Source: Octopus bimaculoides
Taxonomy: Eukaryota
Assembly: GCF_001194135.2 (NCBI RefSeq)
Contig: NC_069000.1
Span: 35,973,659 to 36,013,881, forward strand
Length of the DNA stretch: 40,223 nt
Direction of reading: 5' to 3'
Part shown: in pieces, positions 1-11,147 of the stretch
Layout of the letters: each line of letters begins with the position of its first letter
How positions within the stretch are numbered: the stretch's first letter is position 1
The notes under the pieces: model-generated
The model's input: the letters and a program-made list of their open reading frames with translations, nothing else
Database searches by the model: none
What the model was told of the DNA's origin: nothing
Made by a program: the position numbers and the translations under genes

Positions 1-24
1 ATATGTAATATATATGTATGTATG

Positions 25-68
<44 letters not shown>

Positions 69-70
69 AT
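1..70. repeat. (TA)n/(TATG)n microsatellite
   Basis: Direct TA run at about 33-65 with TATG/TG flanks. Confidence 0.95.
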
Positions 71-196
71 AAATATATATGTATGTTTGTAAATGTAATC
101 AGTTTCTTCATTGGTGGACCAGCTTACTTCCTTGATTCTTATTTATTCATTTTATTTATATCACAATTTGTATGCATAATAGTGTTGTTTCCACAG

Positions 197-237
197 GTTT
201 CCAATGGGTCACTCAATGGTTCACTGCATTTCTGACT
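197..237 (+). CDS. Candidate coding exon 1 of an unidentified multi-exon gene (xFQWVTQWFTAFLT, or FPMGHSMVHCISD in the other open frame)
   Basis: Acceptor ttgtttccacAG (to 196) and donor GTGAGA (238-243); two of three frames open. Inference only, no homology recognised. Confidence 0.3.
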
Positions 238-505
238 GTGAGATTGACAAGGAAGTATTTTTAACATTACATGATGGGGACACACACACACACATACACA
301 CACACCACAGCAGTAATTGTTTTCACCTCAATAGACGTCAGTGATTGGTTGAAATTACCAAAATACAAGTTTTAGCATGAAATAACTTCAAATATATAAA
401 TTTTTCTCTGTTCTATAAGACAAAATATACAGAATAAATGAAGTTTTAAAGTGTTTCGGTAGAAAACACACTAAATAAAAAATGGTGTCCGCCAAATCAG
501 AAAGA

Positions 506-736
506 TTTCTTTATTGCCCACAAGGGACTAAACATAGAGGGGACAAACAAGGACAGACAATGGGATTAAATCGATTACATCGACCTCAGTGCGTAACTGG
601 TACTTAATTTATCGACCCCGAAAGGATGAAAGGAAAAGTCAACCTCTGTGGAATTTGAACCCAGAACGTAAAGTCAGGAGAAATACCGTTAAGCATTTTG
701 CCCAGGGTGCTAACGTTTCTGCCAGCTCGCCACCTT
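506..736 (-). mobile_element. tRNA-headed SINE family B, full length
   Basis: Reverse complement begins AAGGTGGCGAGCTGGCAGAAACGTTAGCA, has a B-box-like GGTTCAAATTC, the central motif CTTTCATCCTTTCGGGGTCGATAAATTAAGTACCAG (resembles the Deu/Nin SINE domain) and ends CAATAAAGAAA. Near-identical copies at 29945-30180 and 33471-33701. Confidence 0.85.
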
Positions 737-949
737 AAAACAGTTGCTTCTGATAGGAGGTGCCTGAGGATTCTACCTCTACAACCCACCTAGGTATAGT
801 GGGTGGTGAAAATGGATAGATGGATGGAATTATATAAAAAAACTTGTAATTTAATACTATACAACAATTGATCTCATCAACTGTTTCTGACAACTTACTG
901 ACTTCTAAGACTGGCACAGGTCTACATATTTCAAGGGAGGGGCAGTTGA

Positions 950-1332
950 TTATATCAACCCCACCAATACTAAATTGGTGCTTACCTTTCATCTTAGAAA
1001 GATGAAAAGCAAAATCTACTTTAGTAGGAATTGAACTCAGAACATAAAGGGATGCAACTAAATACCACAAGGTATTTTGTCTGCTGCTCTACAGATACTG
1101 CCAGTCCATCACTCTTCTCCATGAACAAAATATTGATTTCAAATTTTGGCACAAGGCCAGCAATTTTTGGGGAGGGAGTAAGTCAATTACATCTACCCAG
1201 TATTCAACCGGTACTTGTTTTATCGACCCCTAAAAGGATAAAGGCAAAGTCGACCTCAGAATGTGAAGACTAACAGAATGCTGCTAAGCATTTCGCTTGG
1301 CGTGCTAGCAGTTCTGCCAGCTCACTGCCTTC
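950..1332 (-). mobile_element. Two degenerate family B SINE pieces (about 950-1075 and 1135-1332, the second with the alternative 3' tail)
   Basis: Shared motifs ggtacttgttttatcgacccctaaaaggataaaggcaaagtcgacctc and ctgccagctcactgcctt. Confidence 0.75.
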
Positions 1333-1674
1333 CCATGAATGAAATATTAAAAAGCTTATACTTATTTCTAGTGCTTTTCTGTTTCTGCCTACTCTACTAC
1401 AACTACTTATACTTCTGTGGCTCTTTAACATTCAAATTAATCAAAGACTAACTCATAGAGATGTTTCTGTTATTTCAAATAGGCCATGCCAAATCTCATT
1501 ACTTTTGGCAGCATACCTTACCCCATACCTATCGCACAAAAAATCACGTTTTTGTCTTAAGTTTCATCATTTTAATCATATTTTCCCATCATCAACATAT
1601 CTAAAAGCATTATTATTAGGAATGTTTATAGGTTAGTGTTGAAAGCAGCATAAAATATTCATTTATATATCATC

Positions 1675-1895
1675 ATTATCATTCATTTAACATCCACTTT
1701 TACATGCTTACATGAATCACACACAGTTTGTTGAGGCAGATTTTCTATGGCCAGATGGCCGTCCTGTTGCCAGCCTTTCCTTGTTTCTAAGCAAGATAGT
1801 ATTTCTCATGGCCAGATATAACTGGAAACAAACAACATCACTTGTATGACAATGCTGCTCATTTACAACCATTATGTGATGTCAGGACATGGGTA
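1675..1895 (-). mobile_element. Retroposon 3' tail with (GAT)n end, variant C2
   Basis: catcatt..tttaacatccac..gaggcagattttcta..gccagatg..acttgtatgacaatgc..catttacaac. Homologous copies at about 19108-19345, 30380-30610, 33880-34120 and 34625-34860. Confidence 0.7.
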
Positions 1896-1899
1896 CGCA

Positions 1900-1924
1900 C
1901 ACACACATGTACACACACACACAT

Positions 1925-1969
<45 letters not shown>

Positions 1970-2360
1970 CACAAGATGAGCGTCTTTCAGTTTCCATCTG
2001 TCAAATCCACTCACAAGAGCCGGGGCTATTCTAGAATACATTTTCCCAAGGTGCTGCACAGAGGGATTGAAACAGAGACCATGTGTTTTGGAAGCAAGCT
2101 TCTTAACCACACAGCCACATCTACACTTACATGTGTGGGGTGTGTGTGTATGTGTGTGTGTATTCTGATTTTTTTTTTTTACTTGTTTCAGTCATTTGAC
2201 TGCGGCCATGCTGGAGCACCGCCTTTAGTCTGGCAACTTATTCTTTGTAAGCCTAGTACTTATTCTATTGGTCTCTTTTGCCGAACTGCTAAGTGATGGG
2301 AACATAAACACACCAGCATTGGTTGTCAAGCAATGCTAGGGGGACAAACACAGACACACA
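1900..2360 (-). mobile_element. Two family A SINE halves: 5' half about 1900-2115 with (CA)n, 3' half about 2135-2360
   Basis: Matches the reverse complement of the family A consensus seen at 5449-5887 and 22326-22725. Confidence 0.8.
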
Positions 2361-2589
2361 TATATTTAATTTTATTGTTATTTCCCAAATGTGTTGCATA
2401 GAGTTATATTTTATTTCTGTCTACATCATAGTATTTTCCCATTTTCCTGTTTGAGTATTGATGTAAAGCAATCATTACATTTGTTTCAAATAACCTAAAG
2501 TGTAGCAGTTTCATAATACAGTCACTTTCATGTTGCTCCTTTATTCAATTCATTGTCAATTTACTTGTATTTGCCCTCGAACCCATGAG

Positions 2590-2940
2590 GTCCTCAATTT
2601 TATCTGACTGCATGGTATCTTAGGCAAATGCAATTTTCTATAGCTTCAGTCTGACCCATACCTTGTGAGTGAAACAGAATCCTCGTTATGGTAGAACAGA
2701 CATCCATTAATGTTACATTATGTTGTTTAACCCCAGGTTACCTCATTCTGACTACTGACACCTATAATAATCAAAGTTATTCCAGCCATGATTATCCCGT
2801 TCATCTGTCAAGCATTGCATATGTAGTACTACATCATCTATTGTATTCCTTCATTTATTAAGACAGTCAGGTATGATTTGAAGGAGGTTTCATTGCAATT
2901 TCTAGCAGGTTGAGCAAGCAATGGTAGGGGCTGCTTCACT
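2590..2940 (+). mobile_element. Degenerate SINE-like repeat (family F): family A-like core with a different 3' tail
   Basis: ctatagc..ccataccttgtgagtgaa core, then ttgtttaaccccagg..ccagccatga..gatttgaagga..atttctagcaggttgagc. Tail fragments recur near 7750, 10900 (rev), 26700-26900, 27360-27510, 29000-29110 (rev), 36640-36760 (rev) and 37870-38050 (rev). Confidence 0.6.
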
Positions 2941-3202
2941 TATACAACTGTAACCATTATCATCCCAAAGCTGGTGGGAAAAGACAAAATTATCCCCATA
3001 GGTAAAAACTGTTTAATAAAGATAATACTGTACTTGATATTTTATTGACTATTATTCAATTCTGTTGTCCTTGAGATATTATCATTTGACATATGTTTTT
3101 CAAGTTAGTATAGTAGATACCAAGAGACTTATACATGAATAAATGCCATGTATCTTCATTGCTTTTTTTTTTTTTTAATTATTCATAATGCATTAACTGC
3201 AG

Positions 3203-3227
3203 AAGAGGAGCAAGGTCATGATTGCAT
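3203..3227 (+). CDS. Candidate 25-nt coding exon 2 (KRSKVMIA)
   Basis: Poly-T tract, then ttaactgcAG (to 3202); donor GTATGC (3228-3233). Its 3n+1 length links the phase 0 end of exon 197-237 to the phase 1 start of 17687. Inference. Confidence 0.2.
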
Positions 3228-3414
3228 GTATGCTTTCAGTGATGCACAGATTTAATTTGTCGGCTTATTTTTTTACAGTTGTCAATTTACTAATAAATAA
3301 GGCAGATATTTACTAACAAGGAAAACGAAACCTTGTTAAATGTCATATGATCTGTTGAAAATGGTCTGTGGAGAAATGGCAAAGAGAGGGGCTTTCAGAA
3401 ACTAGGAGTGTTGT

Positions 3415-3620
3415 AACCCTTTAGCATTCAGATTACTTTGTCAAATGTCATGCTTATTTATTCATGTTGTTTTGAGTTAACCATGCGTTATCTCGTCGCT
3501 TTGAGATTTTGATGATGCAATTGTTACCTTTAGAATGACCTTGTAGATTAGGTGTGAGAGACTGGATCAGGCTGGGTTGAACATAAAGCAGGTAGAATAT
3601 TTGGGCTGGATGTGGCTGTC
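3415..3620. mobile_element. Partial MITE-like repeat with a piggyBac-type CCCTTTAGC terminus
   Basis: Begins taaCCCTTTAGCATTCAG. The other terminus is not recognisable. Confidence 0.45.
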
Positions 3621-4266
3621 CATGTAACGGTAAGTCAGTTAATTGATGGGCATATCTTAATATTGAGAAATAGATCTACAACAAAGGAGATGTGATGGTG
3701 GGTGGGGGAAGTTCCTGGCATGTTAATTCATATGTAGCCCAGTAACAATTCCCAGCTGTAGATATTTTAGTCATCTATGCTGCTAATATCTGTGTAGGAA
3801 AGGCATGAATGTCACCACTAGCATTTCATGTCAATCTTTCAGGAAGTCAGTAACACTGATCATAAATAGTCAAGCAGTGAGTACAGATTTGTGGTATGTG
3901 ATTCATTACCTAACTCCAATTCATCTCCAGTAACAGGCATTACAACCATTTTTCCTTTTACTTTAGGCACTGTGTACCTTGTAAAATATGTAATCTCTTT
4001 ACTTTTTTAAAATGATAAATATGTAATTTGCAGGAGATTTGGCTCCAATTTCTAACAGAGCAGATGCTAGTGTAAAGGGTTCCTTGTTGAACTTGTTAAC
4101 TCTGTTTACCTGTATGTGAAATGAATTGACACTTTGCCAATTTAGTATTAAATTTAAGTGCTACTGAGGCCAACCTTGCCTTTCATCCTCTTAGAGTTGA
4201 TTAAATAAAGTTACTAGTCCAAGACTAGTGGATTGGTGAAATTGATCAAGCTTCAGATGAGATGTT

Positions 4267-4337
4267 TTGTGATATTCCTGGCCCTTTGCATTCTGAGTTC
4301 TTGTGATATTCCTGGCCCTTTAAAGCATTCTGAGTTC
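4267..4337. repeat. Tandem duplication, 34/37-bp unit x2
   Basis: TTGTGATATTCCTGGCCCTTT(AAA)GCATTCTGAGTTC repeated head to tail. Confidence 0.9.
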
Positions 4338-4569
4338 TTGAGTGGCAGACTTAATCCCTCATTTGGTTTAACACCACCGCCTGATTCTTGGCTGCCTTTA
4401 ATAGCGTTTGCTTTGATGCAAGCATTTTGACCAGATTTCCAGTAAGAGGATAATTTCCTCCTTTCATCCTACCGACCAGTCTTGGAGGCCCCTGGAAAAA
4501 ATAAAAAGGGTCATTGGCACTGCTTTTTCTTTGATGGCTAATTGATGAAAAAAAAAATTTTTTATTATT

Positions 4570-4755
4570 ATTGTTGTTTCAGTCTTTGACTGTAGTCATG
4601 CTGGGGCACTACCTTGAAGGGTTTACTCAAACAAATTGACCCTAGTACTTAATTTTTTAAAGTCTGGTACTTATTCCATCACCCTCTTTTGTTGAACTGC
4701 TAAGTTACAAGGATGTATACAAACCAACACTGTTGTCACATGATGCAAGGGAGAA

Positions 4756-4798
<43 letters not shown>

Positions 4799-4880
4799 CA
4801 GGGGTCAGGCTTTCACACAGTTTTCATTTACCAAATTCATTCACAAAGCATTTGGTTGACTCAGGCCTATAGTAGAAGAC
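4570..4880 (-). mobile_element. Family A SINE, degenerate, with internal (CA)n
   Basis: ttgtttcagtctttgactgtagtcatgctggggcac..(CA)n..cattcacaaagcattggttgactcaggcctatagtagaagac. Confidence 0.75.
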
Positions 4881-5448
4881 TCTACACATTCAGCTAAGTA
4901 TTTCTGCAATTGTTTCCCTATAAGACAGCATTAGTAGTACTTCTTACTGGCACAAGCTAAACTGCATTTCATTTAGGCTAATTCTATTCACAATTAATTT
5001 AATTATAACTCTTTTTTAGAAATTTAAATCAACTAGTCTATCACTTTGTTGTCTCAGTGCTTGCTTGTCTCCAGAGCATCCCCTTTGCCCTTGTAACAGT
5101 TTATGATGATGATATTGCTATGCCAGTCATTGTGCATGACACCTCCCTGTAGCACTTGATTGTATAAATGACTATCACATAACCTACTGCACCAGATATT
5201 TTAAGCATCTCAGCAAGTATCCCTGACAATACCCTCCTAGCTTTTGTATCCTTAATTGTACATGTGACCATACTTCACTCACAGACCCCTCTGTTGCTGA
5301 AGTGTGATCATATGTGCAATGTTGAGTCGACGCGGGGTAGACTTCTTTCTCTCTTTCATGCTTTGTCCTCATTCAACAATCTTTTGCAATAGCACTTGCA
5401 TTCCTCTTTCTCCTTTTCAGCATAAAAAAGGGCAAATGTACTAGTATA

Positions 5449-5619
5449 GGCACAGGAGTGGCTGTGTGGTAAGTAGCTTGCTTACCAACCACATGGTTCC
5501 GGGTTCAGTCTCACTGCGTGGCACCTTGGGCAAGTGTCTTCTACTATAGACTCGGGCCGACCAAAGCCTTGTGAGTGGATTTGGTAGACGGAAACTGAAA
5601 GAAGCCCGTCATATATATG

Positions 5620-5672
<53 letters not shown>

Positions 5673-5887
5673 ATGTTTGTGTGTCTGTGTTTGTCCCCTT
5701 AGCATTGCCTGACAACCGATGCTGGTGTGTTTACGTCTCCGTAAATTAGCGGTTCGGCAAAAGAGACCGATAGAATAAATACTAGGCTTCCAAAGAATAA
5801 GTCCTGGGGTCGATTTGCTCAACTAAAGGCAGTGCTCCAGCATGGCCGCAGTCAAATGACTGAAACAAGTAAAAGAGTAAAAGAGTA
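5449..5887 (+). mobile_element. tRNA-headed SINE family A with CORE-like domain, full length
   Basis: A-box-like TGGCTGTGTGG, B-box-like GGTTCAG, GGCACCTTGGGCAAGTGTCTT (resembles the CORE-SINE central motif), internal (TA)n(TG)n, tail GAAACAAGTAAAAGAGTAAAAGAG. Confidence 0.9.
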
Positions 5888-6149
5888 TTATCCCATACAC
5901 AATTTTCTCTCCCGATGCCCTCATTCTGTCTAATTCATTGTCTTGCAATTCAAACACCTCACACGTCTGATTGTCATGTTACAGAACATGCAAAACTCTT
6001 ACTTTTGGCTTTTCCTCTTACTAAGTATATTTGATATTTAGCTCCTCTTCTAGTTACTTGATATTAAGATTTTGCTGTTGCTTTCTTCCAGCCTTTCCAG
6101 GCCTGTCTCTTAATATTTAGGTCTCTATCTACAGTAATAATCCATACAG

Positions 6150-6475
6150 GTGTGTTTCCCAGCCGCATGGTTCCAGGTTCAGTCCCACTGTGTAATACCT
6201 TGGGCAAGTGTCTTTTACTATAGCCTCAGACTGACCAAAGCCTTGTGAGTGGATTTGGTAGACAGAAAATGGAGAGAAGTCTATTGTGTATGTGTGTGTG
6301 TGTGTGTGAGCGCACGCGTGTGTATGTGTCTGTCTTTATCCTCCTACCACCACTTGACAACTGGTGTTAGTATGTTTACATCCCCATAACTTAGCAGTTC
6401 AGCAAAAGAGTCTGATGGAGTGTGTACCCCAAGATGGCTGTAGTCAAATGACTGAAACAAGTAAAAGAATAAAAA
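6150..6475 (+). mobile_element. Family A SINE, degenerate
   Basis: catggttccaggttcagtcccactg..accttgggcaagtg..(TG)n..gactgaaacaagtaaaagaa. Confidence 0.8.
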
Positions 6476-7000
6476 AATATCATGTTACCTTCCATTGAGC
6501 TGAACTCTTGCTCCAGACACAGACTTCATCTGTAACCTTCAGCAGGTATTCTTATAAGAAATCCCAGGTGCCCTTTCTGCCATAAGTCTCTATCTCATCC
6601 TCTCTTTTGTCCTATATATTAACTAACACTTCTCTGAAACTATGCCTGGTTGAAGCCTCTTTAAGTTCCCATATCTTCTCTCCCCAGATTGTCTTATGTC
6701 TTTCTGTCCCGCTAGCTCTTACTCTCAAATCACTTTGTCTATGTCAGGTGATTCATCTTTCACCAGGGAAAAGCTTAGCATTCACAGCCATTCAAGTCTG
6801 TCCATTTCATGACGACTTTGAAGTCTACCTGATTTGTGTGTTTCTGGCTGATTGTTACATGGTGTGATTATGATCATATGATTATAGTCTTATATATAAT
6901 TATAATCTTTTACTGTAAATCTCTTCACCATAATTATCCTGCTATCACCGCAGTACTTGGAATCTAAGCACCATAGTGATATAACAATAAAAATTAAAAA

Positions 7001-7066
7001 AATAATTAAGAATAAAAATAAATAATTAAGAATAAAAATAAATAATTAAGAATAAAAATAAATAAA
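7001..7066. repeat. 20-bp AT-rich tandem repeat, about 3.3 copies
   Basis: Unit AATAATTAAGAATAAAAATA. Confidence 0.9.
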
Positions 7067-7387
7067 TGATGAGGAAACAAGTGATGCTGGAAAATGTTTT
7101 CATAGTATAGCTTATATTTTCTTTACCATTNNNNNNNNNNGGGTTCTATATTACATTTATATTTACAGTCATTAATAGTAGGTATTGTTGTTTAGCTGCA
7201 GGTCAATTCTGACTGAACAGACATACGATGAGAGGCATTCTAACCGTGACCACCCTTAGGGGTGTCTAGAACTAGCTAGAACTACATTATCTAATGTGTT
7301 CTTCCCTTTATAAGACCCAAGTGGGGTAAAAATGAAATTCTTGGGGTAATTAGACATAAATAAAATTATATAAAAAACATGTTCCCT

Positions 7388-7650
7388 GTTTACTCTTTTT
7401 ACTCTTTTACTTGTTTCAGTCATTTGACTGTGGCCATGCTGGAGCACCACCTTTAAAGTCAAGCAAATCGACCCCAGAGCTCATTCTTTGTAAGCCTAGT
7501 ACTTATTCTATTGGTCTCTTTTGCTGAACTGCTAATTTACGGGGACGCAAACACACCAGCATCAGTTGTCAAGTGATGCTGTGGGGACAAACAGACACAC
7601 AAACCATGTGGTTAGTAGGCAAGCTACTTACCACACAGCCACTCCTGCAC
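7388..7650 (-). mobile_element. Family A SINE with an internal deletion
   Basis: The 3' half joins directly to the tRNA head at gacacacaAACcatgtgg (about 7602-7604); B-box, core and microsatellite are missing. Confidence 0.8.
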
Positions 7651-8779
7651 ATCCATGATTTTCTTCCATTCAACTCAAGGGGGTAATGTTGGTATAAATA
7701 AATGTATTTTAGGGTAATTGGTTAAAAAAGTTCTCTGACCCCTGCAGTAGAGTGTAATTTGAGGGACATTTAGCTATTATTTCTAGATGCATCTTTGCTA
7801 GCTTGTTATGGCAGGTGTCTTATGTATTCCTGTAATGTTTGTGTTTTATGTTATTCCATTTAACATTTCAATTCATAATGTTGGAAAGATGTCTAGCTTT
7901 TTAGGTAATGTGTTATATTTTACTTAGCATTACAATATTTCAGTAGTGGGTACAGTATTTATTTATTAATTATAATAGAAAAATCAATGGTGATATTCAT
8001 ATGATATTAGTACATTGAAAATGTCCATAGCTAGTAAACAAACTCACTATAAGGTTTCACACAATCCAACATACTACATTAGGATGGTCTTGATTATATA
8101 CTTTACACTCTAACAATACAACAGCAGTCCAGGTTACATAACTGCAAAGTTGTCTGTTGACTTTAGAGCTGTACTTTTAATCTTGCCAAGTCTAAGGAAG
8201 CCTTTCAACACTAAATAGAGAACAACAGCTGGCTATGTTATTAGGATTGTCTGCCTGCTGTCATAAGTACTTAAAACACATAATAGAGTTGTCCTTAAGC
8301 TTTCAGTTGGAGCCATGTAGAGGTACAGTTCATTGCTCTGCATTATAAGGATAGAGACGAAATTAAATACTTCAATAGCTTTGTTCCTCTATATTCTGAT
8401 ACACTTCGGTTCACTTTGCATTCTTTCACCTCAGGAATCAATGAAATCATCTCAATAGATTAAATGCCTCTCTTTCAAGAAATGGCTTTGTATTTATTGA
8501 CTTAAAAGAAATTGGCATCATCATCCCTGGATATAGCATTATTGTTGTTCTTTGAGTAAGGAGTAGAATTTATAGCTCTTTCAGCTCTCCTAAACGGATG
8601 AATGGTGATCACTGAGTAAGGATAGTTCATTAATGATGCTTTGGGGGTTTGTGAAATGAATGATTAAAGGAGTGCATTTCTGTGAATGATGGGAGAAATA
8701 CAAAGAAGATCATCGGGGAAGAGATTATGAATGCCTTGAATTAGTTTTGGTGATTGTAGGGTATACACTGTAACTTTAA

Positions 8780-9010
8780 CTCTTTTGTTATCATGTTCCT
8801 GTTGAAACACACTGATTCTGTTTCAGTTAATTTTGATAATAATGAAAAATTTGGTTAAATAACTTTGTCATTATTGAGCTGATGTTTGGACCATAAATTA
8901 GCATGAGATTTTGCTGGAAGGTTTGAAATTAAATCACTCTCAAGCAAGAAATTTGTATAATAGAAATTGTATGGGGTGGGCTGGGCTCAGGTGGTTTGGT
9001 ATCAATAGAG
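8780..9010. mobile_element. piggyBac-type MITE, 231 bp
   Basis: TTAA at 8776-8779 and 9011-9014; imperfect 13-bp TIRs CTCTTTTGTTATC / GGTATCAATAGAG; homologous inverted copy at 21989-22213. Confidence 0.75.
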
Positions 9011-9459
9011 TTAACTAAGGCTATTGTAATAGTGATATTGTATAAATATTAAATTATAGAAGAAAGGGTAAAATAGCTATTTATTTAAGTCTCTCTTTGT
9101 CTCTGTATGTGTGACATATGGTGGTTTGTTGTCATAGGTTGTTCACCCATACTGAATAGCTTAATGGGGCTTATGTATAATTATAGACACTTTATACTAT
9201 TGCTAGACATACTACAATTCAACTCAATCTTTCCTTCTGAGTGTATTATTAGATTTGAAAACAAAATTCAATCACATTATGTCAAGTAACTGAAAGGGTA
9301 GGATTATTTAGAAACATTAACATATCCACTTTCAATATGTTCTGGCAGATTTGAAAATAAATATCTGATTGCTGTTGTCTTTTTTATCATCAAATAACAC
9401 CTCTCTTTAAATGATGTGCATTCATAATATACATGATTCACAGGTGTAATGGGGACTTT

Positions 9460-9504
9460 GAGATACTGTAATGTTTTGACCCTGTTGTGTGTCTCCTCAG
9501 TCTC
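9460..9504 (-). ncRNA. Decayed type I hammerhead ribozyme motif (G12 lost)
   Basis: Minus strand reads GAGA-CUGAGGA-GAC-acacaacagg-GUC-AAAA-CAUUACAG-UA-UCUC. Stems I and II and the GUA site are intact; GAAA is changed to AAAA. Confidence 0.6.
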
Positions 9505-9719
9505 TTGCTTATAGAAATCACCAGGCTCTTGCTTATAGAAATCAGCAGACAAATTATTTGTTGGTACATGCAGATGTCTGCCAAGCAGATAATTCAGGAG
9601 ACGCATACAGAACAAGGAGAATTCAAACAATAAGATATCTATTCATTCTCAATATGTTCTGGCAGATTTGAAAGTAAATATCTGATCGCTGCTGTTCTAC
9701 TTCATTGGTGGGAATAGCT

Positions 9720-9765
9720 TTAACTGAGGAGACACACAATTAAGTCGAAACACTGTGGCATCTCT
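9720..9765 (+). ncRNA. Decayed type I hammerhead ribozyme motif (U16.1 and 5' stem I lost)
   Basis: Reads ttaa-CUGAGGA-GAC-acacaattaa-GUC-GAAA-CACUGUGG-CA-UCUC; homologue of 9460-9504. Confidence 0.55.
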
Positions 9766-9999
9766 CAAAGACCTCTTACACCAGTGAATCGCTTGTGTTA
9801 TGAAGATACACAGTATAAAGGGAGGGATGTTCTCCAACGGTGAAAAACAAGACTGATCAGATATGCATGTTCAAATATGCCACAACATATTGAGAAAGAA
9901 TAGATATATGTTATTGTTTGCCTTTTTGCTGTTCAGCATACTCCTCACAAATTGTTATTTAGAAAATTTACCATATTTGTTGGATATGAATGCATGTAT

Positions 10000-10570
10000 A
10001 TATGCATACATGTTGTATACATATATATATATATATATANNNNNNNNNNNNNNNNNNNNNNNNNNNNNNNNNNNNNNNNNNNNNNNNNNNNNNNNNNNNN
10101 NNNNNNNNNNNNNNNNNNNNNNNNNNNNNNNNNNNNNNNNNNNNNNNNNNNNNNNNNNNNNNNNNNNNNNNNNNNNNNNNNNNNNNAGAGAGAGAGAGAG
10201 AGAGAGAGAGAGACACACACACACATACACATGGTGTAAATATGTGTATATGTGTGTGTGCATATATATATATATATATACACTTATACACATACATATA
10301 TATAGGCATGTATATGTATAGATACATATACATATATGTATGTGTACATGTGCATGTATATACATATGTATGTATATATATAAACATGCATATATATATA
10401 TGCTTATATGAATGTGTGGATATATATATATATTTATATACTCACACATATATATGATGTATATAAACACATGTAAATATCTATATATAGATATAAATAT
10501 GTGTATACACACACACACACACACACACATACACATATATAACTTGGCATAAATATACAAACACACACAC
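10000..10570. repeat. Compound microsatellite (TA)n/(GA)n/(CA)n/TATG spanning an N gap (10040-10186)
   Basis: Directly visible. Confidence 0.95.
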
Positions 10571-11147
10571 TTTTTAGACATGCTTTTAAAGACTGATATA
10601 TGTGCATTCAAAGCTAAACTGTCATTTTTGTAATAAAATAATTTATTGCTGTGGTAGTGCAATATATGAGCATGTATGAATGTTTATGCGTCTGTGTGTG
10701 TGTATGAGTATAGGTGTTCTAGAACAATTGAAATATGTTGTGCATTCCTATTCCATGAACAATATTCTTCTGTCTTGTTGAATAACAAGTAATAAATTAC
10801 TCATGCAAAGGAAACTGAATTTGTCACTGAAGGGCCACTAAATATTTTTCTGAAGCCCTAATGTGCTGTAGCTTATACTACATCTGCAATGGAACGAATA
10901 AGAGATCACCTATGTGTTCTCATGAAGTGCTATAAAAGCAGCCAAATTTCCCTCAAAATGACATCCTACTATCTTAAATAGGGAATGTATACAGTAGTTC
11001 AATCGTAACCAAAGGTATTAAATACCTTTAAATACCTTTGGCTAGGGTTCAATAAATAACAAGTTTGTGAAGTCGAGAGGGGTTCTTCTGCATGTTAGTT
11101 CGAACTGCTAGAACAAGCAGTCAAATCTTGAAAGTCATCGTCAATGT

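Larger units (their letters stand above)
5065..6870 (-). pseudogene. Decayed RTE-clade LINE ORF (endonuclease C-terminus, linker, RT N-terminus) split by two SINE insertions
   Basis: Collinear minus-strand translations: IWELKE..FREVL (about 6680-6620), WDFL*EYLLKVTDEVCVWSKSSAQWKVT (6570-6485), KRQAWKGWKK..YQVTRRGAKYQIYLVRGKA (6110-6010), KCYCKRLLNE (5400-5370), ILAEMLKISGAVGY (5225-5185), NDWHSNIIIINCYKGKGDALE (5135-5070). These match typical RTE/BovB-like ORF2 motifs, with many stops and frameshifts. Confidence 0.8.
9325..9815. mobile_element. Penelope-like element remnant (direct repeats plus inverted hammerhead-bearing segments)
   Basis: About 50-bp direct repeat at 9332-9380 and 9649-9698; about 95-bp inverted repeat at 9410-9504 and 9720-9815, each arm carrying a hammerhead core. 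The Penelope classification is inferred from this architecture. Confidence 0.5.

Noticed and set aside
1520-1610. Minus-strand RYVDDG, resembling a reverse transcriptase catalytic motif
   Set aside because: Followed at once by stops, with no other RT motif nearby.
1846-2296. HTHT/VCVC-rich ORFs (also at 5482, 18412, 21352, 22360, 27109, 38869)
   Set aside because: Translations of family A SINE microsatellites.
7001-7066. Regularly spaced repeats considered as a CRISPR-like array (also 4267-4337, 9502-9545)
   Set aside because: Simple tandem duplications without unique spacers, in eukaryotic context.
8340-8560. Short open frames on both strands in unique-looking sequence
   Set aside because: Every frame from the best acceptor (8435) hits a stop before any donor; no recognisable motif.
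9863-10662. Several 95-235 aa ORFs, the longest in the track apart from the gap ORF
   Set aside because: Made of TA/CA/GA microsatellite and N gap.
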